Below the pieces are notes generated by a model. That model worked only from the letters and a program-made list of their open reading frames with translations, was not told where the DNA came from and made no database searches. Shown piece by piece: positions 8,430 through 18,030 of a DNA stretch of 64,000 bases. Made by a program: the position numbers and the translations under genes. Position 1 is the stretch's first letter. Each line of letters opens with the position of its first letter. The stretch is from an uncultured Pseudomonadota bacterium (lineage in GTDB: Bacteria; Pseudomonadota; Alphaproteobacteria; Rs-D84), in contig CACXXP010000001.1 in assembly GCA_902771695.1 (NCBI GenBank), forward strand, positions 144,642 through 208,641. The letters are read 5' to 3'.

Positions 8430-10163
8430 ATGTCTTATCCAATTGAATTGATTCGTCATTCGCTGGCGCATGTGATGGCGGCGGCGGTAAAGAAGTTACA
8501 CCCAGATGTTAAATTTGCGGGTGGTCCGGCAATTGAAAATGGTTTCTATTACGATTTTGATACCGAATATCGTTTTTCCGAAGAAGATTTTGAAAAAATT
8601 GAAAAGGAAATGCGCGATTTAATCAAATCTAATGGTCGTTTTGAACAACGTATTGTTGACCTGGACGAAGCAAAAAAAATCTTTGCCGATCAACCGTATA
8701 AAATGGAATGGTTAAATGAATACGATGCGGCTGGTGAAAAGCTGTCCATTTATACTTTCCGTGACTTTACTGATTTGTGCCGTGGACCGCATGTGGAATC
8801 CAGTAAAGATTTGCCACGTGATGGTTTCAAAATTCGTAATGTTGCCGGTGCGTATTGGAAAGGTGATTCCAAAAATAAAATGTTGCAACGTATTTATGTT
8901 GACGCATTTGAAAGCAAGGAAGCATTAGAAGAATTCTTGAAAATGCAGGAAGAGGCCGCTGCGCGCGATAACCGTAAACTTGGTAAAGATATGGATTTGT
9001 TCCATTTTGAACCTGAATATGCTCCTGGGGCGGTATTTTGGCATGACAAGGGATATCGCATTTATCGTCGCATGATTGATTATTTGCGTATGCGTCAAGA
9101 ACGTGCCGGTTATTTTGAAATATCAACTCCGTCAATTATGGATCGTTGTCTGTGGGAACGCAGTGGGCATTGGGCAAAATATGGTGCACACAATTATTCC
9201 GGAACGACCCAAGATGGCAAGGTGTTTTGTGTAAAGCCGATGTCTTGCCCGGGCGGAATGTTGGTATTTGGTCAAGGTATTAAATCTTATAAAGATTTGC
9301 CGATGTATTTGGCAGAATTTGGTAAGGTTTGCCGTTACGAAGCCGCCGGTGGTTTGTCTGGGTTGATGCGCGTACGTGAATTTACCCAAGACGATGCACA
9401 TATTTTCTGCACCGAAGACCAATTAGAAGATGAAGTGGTCAAGGTTTTGCGTTTCATCAAAGATATATATGCAAAATTCGGTTTTGATAAAATATCTATG
9501 AAATTGGCAACCCGACCATTGTCTGAATTCCGCATTGGTTCTGATGAAGTTTGGGACAAAGCCGAAGGCGCATTAAAACATGCATTGGACGCAAATGGTA
9601 TTGATTATGAAATTGCAGAAAATGATGCGGCGTTTTACGGTCCCAAGATTGATAATTATCTGAAAGATTCTATGGGCCGTGTATGGCAATGCGGTACAGT
9701 TCAATTGGATATGAACCTGCCAGAACGCTTTGATTTATCATATATTGGCGAAGACGGTGAACGGCATCGCCCGATTATGTTGCATCGTGCGTTGCTTGGG
9801 TCAATTGAACGCTTTATGGGTGTGTTGCTGGAATCAACTGGTGGTAATTTGCCATTGTGGTTGTCCCCAGAACCGGTTGTTGTGGTGCCTGTATCTGAAA
9901 AGTATCGCGAATATGCTGAACAGGTTGTTGCGGATCTGCGTAATGTCGGGGTTCATACCCGTGCCGATTTGCGCGATGAAAAGGTTAATTACAAGGTGCG
10001 CGATTTATCGTTGGCTAAAACTCCGATTATTGCGGTCGTCGGTGAAAAAGAATCGGCGGATAAAACGGTTACCTTGCGCAGATTGGGTGTTGAAAAGCAA
10101 GAAGTCGTTGCATTGGATGAATTTGTAAAGCAAATGTCCGATGCAATTAAAATGCCACAATAG
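8430..10163 (+). CDS. thrS: Threonine--tRNA ligase (no N-terminal TGS domain)
   Basis: RHSLAHVMA, DLCRGPH, GAYWKG, VKPMSCPG, GLMRVREFTQDDAHIF, FYGPKID, MLHRA; GAGG RBS before ATG 8430. Confidence 0.97.
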   Translation: MSYPIELIRHSLAHVMAAAVKKLHPDVKFAGGPAIENGFYYDFDTEYRFSEEDFEKIEKEMRDLIKSNGRFEQRIVDLDEAKKIFADQPYKMEWLNEYDAAGEKLSIYTFRDFTDLCRGPHVESSKDLPRDGFKIRNVAGAYWKGDSKNKMLQRIYVDAFESKEALEEFLKMQEEAAARDNRKLGKDMDLFHFEPEYAPGAVFWHDKGYRIYRRMIDYLRMRQERAGYFEISTPSIMDRCLWERSGHWAKYGAHNYSGTTQDGKVFCVKPMSCPGGMLVFGQGIKSYKDLPMYLAEFGKVCRYEAAGGLSGLMRVREFTQDDAHIFCTEDQLEDEVVKVLRFIKDIYAKFGFDKISMKLATRPLSEFRIGSDEVWDKAEGALKHALDANGIDYEIAENDAAFYGPKIDNYLKDSMGRVWQCGTVQLDMNLPERFDLSYIGEDGERHRPIMLHRALLGSIERFMGVLLESTGGNLPLWLSPEPVVVVPVSEKYREYAEQVVADLRNVGVHTRADLRDEKVNYKVRDLSLAKTPIIAVVGEKESADKTVTLRRLGVEKQEVVALDEFVKQMSDAIKMPQ

Positions 10164-10173
10164 TGATAGGTGA

Positions 10174-10197
10174 TGTCCGGCGCAATTGCGCCGGACA
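10174..10197. repeat. Perfect 24-bp palindrome (hairpin) after thrS
   Basis: TGTCCGGCGCAATTGCGCCGGACA. Confidence 0.8.
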
Positions 10198-10217
10198 CAG
10201 AAAAAAAGGAAAGGAAT

Positions 10218-10361
10218 ATGAAAAAAATTCTGGTAATTATTGCGTTGTTGACCCCAGTTGTTTTGGCGGCATGTTCGCGCAGTTGTGAAACAGAACCAAT
10301 TGTTGAAGAAAACCACAAACTTATCGTGCCACCACATTTTGGTGCGCGGCCCGCAAAATAA
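10218..10361 (+). CDS. Small lipoprotein (DUF3035-like)
   Basis: Lipobox LAAC, LIVPP motif, AGGA RBS. Confidence 0.65.
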   Translation: MKKILVIIALLTPVVLAACSRSCETEPIVEENHKLIVPPHFGARPAK

Positions 10362-10421
10362 TTTTTGTGATATCAAATTTTTATGGTATAATATATCTCA
10401 AGTTAGAAGGGAGAAGCCATA

Positions 10422-11249
10422 ATGAAAGAAGACGAAAATTTGGATTTATTGGATCTGGATGATACGGATGCATCAGCCGATGATAATTTACCGGATGCCA
10501 CGCCGTTTGTTTCACCACGCCCGCATCGCCCATGGTTGTTGCTGGGGATTGGTGTTGCGGTCATCGTGTTGGCGGTATTTATTATTATTCGGGTGGTGGG
10601 CAGTAATTCTTCGTCATCCATAGATGTTGATTTGGGTGAACCAATTGTTGTTCAAGAACGTGTTGTTGAACCAGAACCTGTACCGGTTCCTGTTCAGGTC
10701 GCGCCGATGCCGGCACCAACACCAGGAATGATGCCACCAGCACCTGTGCCGGGACAGCCCGCACCTGTGCAGGCGCAACCTGGGACGGTGGGTGCGCCAC
10801 ATCCCGCGCCGACTGTTCAACAGCCCGCACCGGTTCCACAGCAGAATTCTGTACGCGTTGTTCAAGACAGAAAAGATGTGACATTTAATCCAGATCGTGG
10901 AACAACGGCCACACCGAAACCAATTACGGCACCGGCACCCAAGACGGCAAAAACACCGACTAAACCGAAACCGGCACCAAAGCCGGCGGCCCAGAAAGTT
11001 GCAAATGGTGGTTGGTATGTTCAATTTGGTTCGTACAGTACACGTGCCGCGGCCGAAGCGTCTGAAAAGAAAATCCGCAGTGAACATCCAAGTTTGTTCA
11101 GTGGAAAACAATTTGTGATTTTGGCGGCGGTGTTGCCGAATGGACAAACCACATACAGATTGCGTGTCGCGTTCGCAACATCGGGTGATGCAAATGGGTT
11201 CTGCCGTAATGCAAAGTCCGATGGATTGGATTGCTATGTTGCAAAATAA
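10422..11249 (+). CDS. SPOR domain protein (FtsN-like architecture)
   Basis: One TM helix, Pro-rich linker, C-terminal WYVQFGSY...YRLRV...FC...LDCYV. Confidence 0.88.
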   Translation: MKEDENLDLLDLDDTDASADDNLPDATPFVSPRPHRPWLLLGIGVAVIVLAVFIIIRVVGSNSSSSIDVDLGEPIVVQERVVEPEPVPVPVQVAPMPAPTPGMMPPAPVPGQPAPVQAQPGTVGAPHPAPTVQQPAPVPQQNSVRVVQDRKDVTFNPDRGTTATPKPITAPAPKTAKTPTKPKPAPKPAAQKVANGGWYVQFGSYSTRAAAEASEKKIRSEHPSLFSGKQFVILAAVLPNGQTTYRLRVAFATSGDANGFCRNAKSDGLDCYVAK

Positions 11250-11264
11250 AATTAGGAGTTGAAT

Positions 11265-11507
11265 ATGAGACCAGGTTGGCTTGAAATACTTGTTATCGTT
11301 TTGTTGTTCTTGATTTTATTCGGGCACAGCAAGATTCCAAATATGATGAAGAATTTGGCAAATGGTATCACGACCTTTAAGAAAGAAATGAAAAAGGACG
11401 ATGATAAAAAGCCCGCAACAAAGCCGGTGGTAAAAGAATCACCAAAGACCACGCCGAAAAAGCAGGCCAGGGTACGTACCAAAAAGCCAACAAGTAAAAA
11501 GAAATAA
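11265..11507 (+). CDS. tatA: Twin-arginine translocase TatA/E
   Basis: GWLEILVIVLLFLILFGHSKIPNMMKNLANGITTFKKEM. Confidence 0.92.
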   Translation: MRPGWLEILVIVLLFLILFGHSKIPNMMKNLANGITTFKKEMKKDDDKKPATKPVVKESPKTTPKKQARVRTKKPTSKKK

Positions 11508-11538
11508 AAAAACGGGCGACATTGTCGCCTGTTTTTTT
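11507..11538. terminator. Bidirectional intrinsic terminator (tatA/dksA)
   Basis: AAAAAACGGGCGAC-ATT-GTCGCCTGTTTTTTT between convergent genes. Confidence 0.8.
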
Positions 11539-11555
11539 ACGACTAGATTTATATC

Positions 11556-11984
11556 TTATTCACGTTTTTCGTGTTCTTCTTGTTCTTCAATTGTCATTGT
11601 GGCCAATGGACGCGCCAACATGCGTGCCAATCCAATTTCATCGCCAGATATAACACTGTATCCATAAGTGCCATTTTCAATACGATCCAGTGCGCTGTTT
11701 ATTTTAGCCAGCAAATTGTTTGCACGTTCTGCGGTGCGTAATGTCATTGTGTTTTCCTGTTCAGATATGGCGATGTCCAAATCGTCACCTGTGATATTTG
11801 CGTTTGTTTTATTTGCGTTGCTGATATAATTCAAGGCGGACGCATTTTGTTGCAAAATCTCTTCCTTTTGTGATGTCAACAAACGATAAAAATACGCCAA
11901 ATGTTCTGGACACATATATGGTTCCGATTTTTTGGGAACATACTTTGGTGCCAATTCAATGTTCATGTAATTCTTCTTCGCCAT
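11556..11984 (-). CDS. dksA: RNA polymerase-binding protein DksA (finger region has no Cys)
   Basis: Y.P...EPYM, DDLDIA, KINSALDRIENGTYGY...RMLARPLATMTIEEQE. Confidence 0.9.
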   Translation of the reverse strand: MAKKNYMNIELAPKYVPKKSEPYMCPEHLAYFYRLLTSQKEEILQQNASALNYISNANKTNANITGDDLDIAISEQENTMTLRTAERANNLLAKINSALDRIENGTYGYSVISGDEIGLARMLARPLATMTIEEQEEHEKRE

Positions 11985-11985
11985 T

Positions 11986-12306
11986 TTAGGATCCTTTTAA
12001 TTCCATAATCCAATCAGTTAATGTATCTTGGTCCATCAGACCACTGCGGGCTTCTACCAATTCGCCATTTTTAAATGCCAATACGCTTGGGATTCCACGA
12101 ATGCCGAAACGTGCAGGAGTACGATTGTTTGTATCACTGACTTCAAATTTAACAAAATTTACATCACCCATGTCTTCGGACGTCGCCTCAAAAATAGGGC
12201 CGAACATACGACAAGGACCGCACCATGGTGCCCAAAAGTCAACCAGAGTCAATGCGCCACCTATCATTTCGGTGAAGTTTTCATCTGTTGCGTGCTTTAC
12301 CGCCAT
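11986..12306 (-). CDS. trxA: Thioredoxin
   Basis: VDFWAPWCGPCR, FGIRGIP. Confidence 0.93.
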   Translation of the reverse strand: MAVKHATDENFTEMIGGALTLVDFWAPWCGPCRMFGPIFEATSEDMGDVNFVKFEVSDTNNRTPARFGIRGIPSVLAFKNGELVEARSGLMDQDTLTDWIMELKGS

Positions 12307-12380
12307 ATTTTTTCTCCTTTGCTGTTGATATTTCACACAAGTGTATTATAATCTAAACAAAAAGCAAGAGAAAACGTAAA

Positions 12381-13553
12381 ATGAATAAAATCATATACTT
12401 AGATGCAGCGGCCAGTGCATTAAAACCAGATTCTGTTATAAATGCCGAGGCAGATTTTTTGTATAATTCTTATGCAAATTCTGGACGTGGTGTTTGCGCG
12501 CGCGCGACTGCGGTTGATGATATGATTTCGCATGTTCGTGATAAAGTTGCAGAATTTATAAATGCAAAATCAAATCAGATTGTGTTTACATCAGGTGCAA
12601 CAGACGGCCTTAACAGGATTGTAAATATTTTATTATCACAACCATGGTACAGTTCGTCATCTGTTGTTACAGTATCAGATTTGGATCATCATTCGGCCCG
12701 GTTACCATGGGAAGCCGCATTACATAACGGCAAAGTGCATAAAATGTTGCGGTGTGAACTGGATGAAAACATGGATATTAAAATTGACGCGATTCCTAAA
12801 ACAGATTTTTTAATTATAACTGCTATGTCTAATGTATTGGGGCGCGCCCAAGATGTTCAGAAAATAATCGCATCCGCACGTGCAAAAAATCCAGATGTTA
12901 TAACTATTGTTGATGCATCGCAATATGTTGTGCATCATAAAATTGATGTAAAAAAATGGGATTGTGATTTCTTGGTGTTTTCTGGTCATAAAATTGGTTC
13001 GGATACAGGTGTTGGTGTTTTATATATCCGCGATTCAGAAAAATATTTTCCAGATAAATTCGGTGGTGGAATGGTATCATCGGTTGGCAATATAAATATT
13101 GCATCCAAGGCCGAACATGGCGCGTGGATTTACGAAAATGAAAAAGATTCCTGTTGGGTTACAGAATCTGCACCAACCAAGTGGGAGGCCGGAACTTTAC
13201 CGTTGACCCAAATTGTTGGGTTGGGTGTTGCCATAGATGAATTGAATAAAAAGCGGCCTGATTTAGATTTAATAAAATATGCATATGATGAATTGGCAAA
13301 AATGGAAAAAATTAAAGTCATTACATCGCGTGATGCCGCAATATTGACTTTTGTCGTACCAGATATGCATCCATTAGATATTGGTGCATTGATGGGTGCA
13401 AAAAATATTTGTGTGCGTGTTGGAAATATGTGTGCATCATGGATTCATAAATATTTGGGTGTTACCGGGTCTGTGCGTATATCAGTTGGTCCATGGAATA
13501 CAATGGATGAAATAAAACAAACGGTTGATGTAATAAAACAAATTGTGAAATAA
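12381..13553 (+). CDS. sufS: Cysteine desulfurase, SufS-like (class V aminotransferase)
   Basis: IYLDAAAS, FTSGATDG, VDASQ, FSGHK, EAGT, RVGNMCA; sits next to sufT/sufE. Confidence 0.85.
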   Translation: MNKIIYLDAAASALKPDSVINAEADFLYNSYANSGRGVCARATAVDDMISHVRDKVAEFINAKSNQIVFTSGATDGLNRIVNILLSQPWYSSSSVVTVSDLDHHSARLPWEAALHNGKVHKMLRCELDENMDIKIDAIPKTDFLIITAMSNVLGRAQDVQKIIASARAKNPDVITIVDASQYVVHHKIDVKKWDCDFLVFSGHKIGSDTGVGVLYIRDSEKYFPDKFGGGMVSSVGNINIASKAEHGAWIYENEKDSCWVTESAPTKWEAGTLPLTQIVGLGVAIDELNKKRPDLDLIKYAYDELAKMEKIKVITSRDAAILTFVVPDMHPLDIGALMGAKNICVRVGNMCASWIHKYLGVTGSVRISVGPWNTMDEIKQTVDVIKQIVK

Positions 13554-13554
13554 A

Positions 13555-13869
13555 ATGGCATTTACAAAGGACGATATTATAAACGCATTGAAAACCGTAT
13601 ACGATCCGGAAATTCCCGTAAATATTTGGGACATGGGTTTGGTATATACCATAGATATTTCTGAAAAACAGGTGCGATTGGAAATGACTTTTACCAGTCC
13701 GACATGTCCGATGATGGAAGAATTATTGGCCCAGGTCAAAGATGTTGTATCAAAGGTTGTTGCGCCAATTCCAGTAAAGGTTGATTTGGTATGGGACCCA
13801 GCGTGGGATTTATCTCGTATGTCTGATGCGGCAAGAATTGAATTAGATTTAACAAACAGTGGTTGGTAA
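13555..13869 (+). CDS. DUF59/SufT Fe-S cluster assembly factor
   Basis: VYDPEIPVNIWDMGLVY, TFTSPTCP, WDPAW. Confidence 0.92.
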   Translation: MAFTKDDIINALKTVYDPEIPVNIWDMGLVYTIDISEKQVRLEMTFTSPTCPMMEELLAQVKDVVSKVVAPIPVKVDLVWDPAWDLSRMSDAARIELDLTNSGW

Positions 13870-13870
13870 A

Positions 13871-14233
13871 ATGAGCTTTGATGATATAAAAAAATTACTT
13901 GGAATGTTGGATGACCCAGCCATGCGGTTAGAGGCGGTTATGGATTTAGGTAACAATCTGGGGCCGATTCCAACGGATGCCGTATGCAGCGAAATTACGG
14001 GTTGCACATCTTTTGTGCAAATATGTCGCAATGGTAATAAATTTTATGGTTCGGCAGATTCGGCGATTGTTCGTGGAATTGTCGCAATTATTTTATCCAT
14101 GGTTGATGGAAAATCACCTGATGAAATAAGACAAATGAATTTGGGCAAGATGTTCGCAGAATTAAACATAAACATTGGGGCGGCACGATTGAATGGTGTT
14201 GCTTCTATGATTCGGTTTTTACAGAATTTATAA
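13871..14233 (+). CDS. sufE: SufE family sulfur acceptor
   Basis: ITGCTS, ADSAIVRGIV, ARLNG. Confidence 0.88.
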   Translation: MSFDDIKKLLGMLDDPAMRLEAVMDLGNNLGPIPTDAVCSEITGCTSFVQICRNGNKFYGSADSAIVRGIVAIILSMVDGKSPDEIRQMNLGKMFAELNINIGAARLNGVASMIRFLQNL

Positions 14234-14307
14234 TTGGTTGTTTATTTTTTTGTGAAATGTCCAATTTGTGATATAATGCAGGAATAAGATTCTATTCAGG
14301 TGATGAC

Positions 14308-14604
14308 ATGAACGAAGATGCGAAAATGTTTCATATCGGTATTGCAATGTTGGTTGTAATGTTCATTGTGACAATTGCATTACAGGTTTGTTATCGTGTG
14401 CAAAATGATTCACGCCGCAGTATTCACCAAAAAATTATCCAGACCCAGAAAGATTTCGCGGTCGCCCAGGCAAATTTTTCGGCATACGTTCGTCCAGAAA
14501 TATTACGAAATTTGGTATCAAATGTTGTCCCAAAAGCCGAAGTCATAAGTTTTCATAAATCTGTTGAAATTCAAGAATTACCTGATAGGATGGAAAACAG
14601 GTAA
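14308..14604 (+). CDS. Cell division protein FtsL-like
   Basis: TM helix plus coiled coil and AYVRPE motif, directly upstream of ftsI. Confidence 0.65.
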   Translation: MNEDAKMFHIGIAMLVVMFIVTIALQVCYRVQNDSRRSIHQKIIQTQKDFAVAQANFSAYVRPEILRNLVSNVVPKAEVISFHKSVEIQELPDRMENR

Positions 14605-14606
14605 AA

Positions 14607-16232
14607 ATGTTTGAAGTAGGAAAGGATATCTTGAAACACGAATATTCAAGTGGCAACGCCAGTACCAAAATGGGACGGCGCCTGCGTTATGTGCATATGT
14701 TTTTCGTGTTATGTTTCATCGGGTTCGGGGCGCGGACAATTTGGTTCGCCATAGAAGGTACAAATCGTGTGCGGCCGTCTGATAATGGGGCGGCGTGGTT
14801 GGTTAATCGTGCCGATATAGTTGATAGAAACGGTGATATATTGGCAAAAAATGTAATGTCAGGGCATATAACGTTGCGTCCACAACAGGTTAAAAATCGT
14901 GACGAGGTTGCGCAATTAGTTCATGATGTATTGCCATATGAATATTCTGTGTCCGAAGTTTTATCGTTATTAAATTCTTCGCGCCGTTTTATATATCTAA
15001 AAAAATACGCTAATGATGCCCAGCGTGAAAAAATACTTAGTGCGAATGTTCCAGGGCTTGGGGTGGAATCTATCCAAGCGCGCAAATATCCGAAACGCCG
15101 GTTGTTTTCGCATGCGGTTGGTTTTGTCGGTAATGATGGTACGGGTTTAGAGGGCGCCGAACGTATATATGATGAATACCTGCGCGACAGTCGTGAACCG
15201 TTGCAATTATCACTGGATTCCAGAATCCAATCTGTGTTTTATGAACAATTGTCTGCTGCGATGCAGCGGTACCAGGCAAAAAATGCGATGGGTATGTTGA
15301 TGAATTCGCGTACGGGTGAAATGATTGCAATGGTATCGTTACCTGATTTTGATCCAGAAAATGTTAGTTTGGATGCGGTATCAAATCGTTTGTTTAAACC
15401 GATGCGTGCAACATTTGAAATGGGGTCTATTTTCAAGGTGTTTAATACGGCGATGGCAATGGAAAACGGCATACACAAAGAATACTATGTCAAAGAACCA
15501 TTCAAAATTCGTGACAAATTTGGTCGGGTTGCCGCCACAATCAGTGATATCCGCAGTTTCCGCCCACCGCGTCCGCACTTAACCGTAGAGGAAATAATGT
15601 TGCATTCTTGCAATGTTGGCAGTGCGCAAATTGCACTTGATTTACCAGATGGCACACAACAAGAATTTTTCCATCGTGTGCATTTGGATGTACCATTGGA
15701 ATTGGAATTTGGCAAAACTGAAAAACCATTAACGCCACGCAGATGGGGACCCACTGAACGTGCAACAGTTTCTTTTGGACATGGTATATCGGTGACCCCG
15801 ATGCATTTGTTCTTGGCGGTCAATTCAATGACAAATGGTGGAATGTATATTTACCCAACGTTGCAGAAAAAAGCGTTTGGACCATTGCGTGGTGAACGTG
15901 TTTTATCGGATGTTATATCGGCACGTTTGCGTGGAATTATGTATCGTATTGCCGAAGAAACCAGTGCAAAACAGGCACGCATATCGGGAATACAAATTGG
16001 CGGTAAAACCGCAACTGCAGAAAAACGTATAAATGGAAAAGTGGATAAATTCAGAAATCTAACGGCGTTTGTCGGGATATTCCCGGTGTCTGCGCCACAG
16101 TACACCATTATGGTCGTATTGGATGAACCAAAAGGCATTGCCGAAACATACGGATTACGTACGGCGGCATGGAATGCGGTGCCAACTACTGGAAAAATAC
16201 TGGATGGCATCCTGCCATTGCTATTTGAATAA
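14607..16232 (+). CDS. ftsI: Penicillin-binding protein (FtsI/PBP3 family)
   Basis: RADIVDRNG, GLEG, EMGSIFK (SxxK), SCN (SxN), GKTAT. Confidence 0.88.
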   Translation: MFEVGKDILKHEYSSGNASTKMGRRLRYVHMFFVLCFIGFGARTIWFAIEGTNRVRPSDNGAAWLVNRADIVDRNGDILAKNVMSGHITLRPQQVKNRDEVAQLVHDVLPYEYSVSEVLSLLNSSRRFIYLKKYANDAQREKILSANVPGLGVESIQARKYPKRRLFSHAVGFVGNDGTGLEGAERIYDEYLRDSREPLQLSLDSRIQSVFYEQLSAAMQRYQAKNAMGMLMNSRTGEMIAMVSLPDFDPENVSLDAVSNRLFKPMRATFEMGSIFKVFNTAMAMENGIHKEYYVKEPFKIRDKFGRVAATISDIRSFRPPRPHLTVEEIMLHSCNVGSAQIALDLPDGTQQEFFHRVHLDVPLELEFGKTEKPLTPRRWGPTERATVSFGHGISVTPMHLFLAVNSMTNGGMYIYPTLQKKAFGPLRGERVLSDVISARLRGIMYRIAEETSAKQARISGIQIGGKTATAEKRINGKVDKFRNLTAFVGIFPVSAPQYTIMVVLDEPKGIAETYGLRTAAWNAVPTTGKILDGILPLLFE

Positions 16233-16275
16233 ATTTATATTATAATCATCTTGATAATAAAAAAAAGAGTATAGC

Positions 16276-18030
16276 GTGAGAAAGATAGTAGAACGATCCA
16301 TGCTGGGGCATGCGTGGATTGTGGCGGATGGTAACCAAGAGTCATTGGCCACAGAAGATGATTTGGTAAAACGTATTTTAATTGAACGTGGTATGAATCC
16401 CGAAGAAATTCCCGGATTTCTGAATCCATCGGTCAAAGATTGTATGCCGGATCCATTTGTTTTGCGTGATTGTGAAACGGCAGTGCATGTGATTGCAAGT
16501 GCGATTTATTCCAAGAAAAAGATAGCGATATATGGTGACTATGATGTTGACGGAATAACATCTACGGCGATTTGTGTTCGTTATCTACGTATGGTTGGTG
16601 CCGATGTTGTGTGGCATTTGCCAACACGTGAAGGTGAAGGTTATGGATTAAACAAAGAAGCCATAGAAAAATTACACAATGATGGTGTTGAATTACTTAT
16701 AACTGTGGATTGTGGAATCAGCGGTGTAGACGAAGTTGATTTTGCAAAATCATTGGGTATGCAGGTTGTTGTCACCGATCATCATTCGCCTGATACTACA
16801 TTGCCAAATGCAGATGCAATAGTTAATCCAAAGCGCAATGATGATGATTCAGGATTGGATTATTTGGCGGGGGTTGGTGTTGCATTTTTGGTTTTAGTCG
16901 CGTTAAATCGTGAATTGAAAAATTCTGGTCAAGAAGAATTCATCCAAAAAACAAAGTTTATAAATTTATTGAATTTCTTGGATTGCGTTGCATTGGGGAC
17001 AATTTGCGATACGATGGCGCTGATTAAATTAAATCGGGCATTTGTATCAACGGGATTAAAGGTTCTAAATTTGCGTCAAAATCTGGGTCTGCGGACACTG
17101 ATGCATATCGCCCATGTTGATAAAGTAACGGTTTATGCCGCGGGATTTGTGTTGGGACCGCGTCTTAATGCGGCGGGGCGTATAGATTCCGCATCACCGG
17201 CGTTGGATTTATTGTTGACCGACAATCCAATTATCGCACTTGATTTGGCAACGAAACTTGACGAGATGAATCAAGAAAGAATAAATATCCAAAATGCGAT
17301 TATGCTTCAGGCAACTGAATTGGCGGACAAGTGTTGTAAATCTGGTAGGTGCAGTTTGTTTGTGTGCGGAAATAATTGGCATGGCGGTGTGATGGGAATT
17401 ATTGCCGGTCGTTTAAAGGATAAATATAATTTGCCCGCATGTGTTGCAACGCGTGCAGACGATGTCATAAATGGTTCGGGGCGTTCAATTCCTGGTATAA
17501 ATTTAGGTGCAATTATACACGATGCGTTGGCGCGTGGGCTTATTAGTGAAGGTGGTGGTCATGCGGCTGCGGCAGGGTTTTCGTTACCGGTATCCAAAGA
17601 AAACGAATTTTGTGAATTTTTGGAAAAATCTGTCAAAGAACAATTGAATGGCGTGATGCCGGGTGATGACATTATTGTTGATGCTGAAATGGATGCCGCC
17701 GGGGCCACGATGCAATTGGTAAAAAAATTAGAGCAAATGGAACCGTTCGGGCAATCTAATCCGGAACCAGTGTTGGCCTTGCATGGTGCGGTGTTGGATT
17801 ATGCAACATTGATGGGACATACAGGGGCGCATATTCGTGGTTCTTTGCGGACGTCGGCTGGGGGGCGGTTGGATTTTGTCGGGTACAATTTGGTTGGAAC
17901 GGCAATCGGTAATTTTTTACTGGACGATGCCAATATAAATACTAAAATTATGGTGTTAGGGCGCCTTAAGGAAAACAACTATAACGGCCGCAAAAGTGTA
18001 CAATTGACATTGGAAGATATCGCACAATGA
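16276..18030 (+). CDS. recJ: Single-stranded-DNA-specific exonuclease RecJ
   Basis: YGDYDVDG, TVDCG, TDHH, GPRLNAAGR, GGHAAAAG, EPFGQSNPEP. Confidence 0.96.
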   Translation: MRKIVERSMLGHAWIVADGNQESLATEDDLVKRILIERGMNPEEIPGFLNPSVKDCMPDPFVLRDCETAVHVIASAIYSKKKIAIYGDYDVDGITSTAICVRYLRMVGADVVWHLPTREGEGYGLNKEAIEKLHNDGVELLITVDCGISGVDEVDFAKSLGMQVVVTDHHSPDTTLPNADAIVNPKRNDDDSGLDYLAGVGVAFLVLVALNRELKNSGQEEFIQKTKFINLLNFLDCVALGTICDTMALIKLNRAFVSTGLKVLNLRQNLGLRTLMHIAHVDKVTVYAAGFVLGPRLNAAGRIDSASPALDLLLTDNPIIALDLATKLDEMNQERINIQNAIMLQATELADKCCKSGRCSLFVCGNNWHGGVMGIIAGRLKDKYNLPACVATRADDVINGSGRSIPGINLGAIIHDALARGLISEGGGHAAAAGFSLPVSKENEFCEFLEKSVKEQLNGVMPGDDIIVDAEMDAAGATMQLVKKLEQMEPFGQSNPEPVLALHGAVLDYATLMGHTGAHIRGSLRTSAGGRLDFVGYNLVGTAIGNFLLDDANINTKIMVLGRLKENNYNGRKSVQLTLEDIAQ

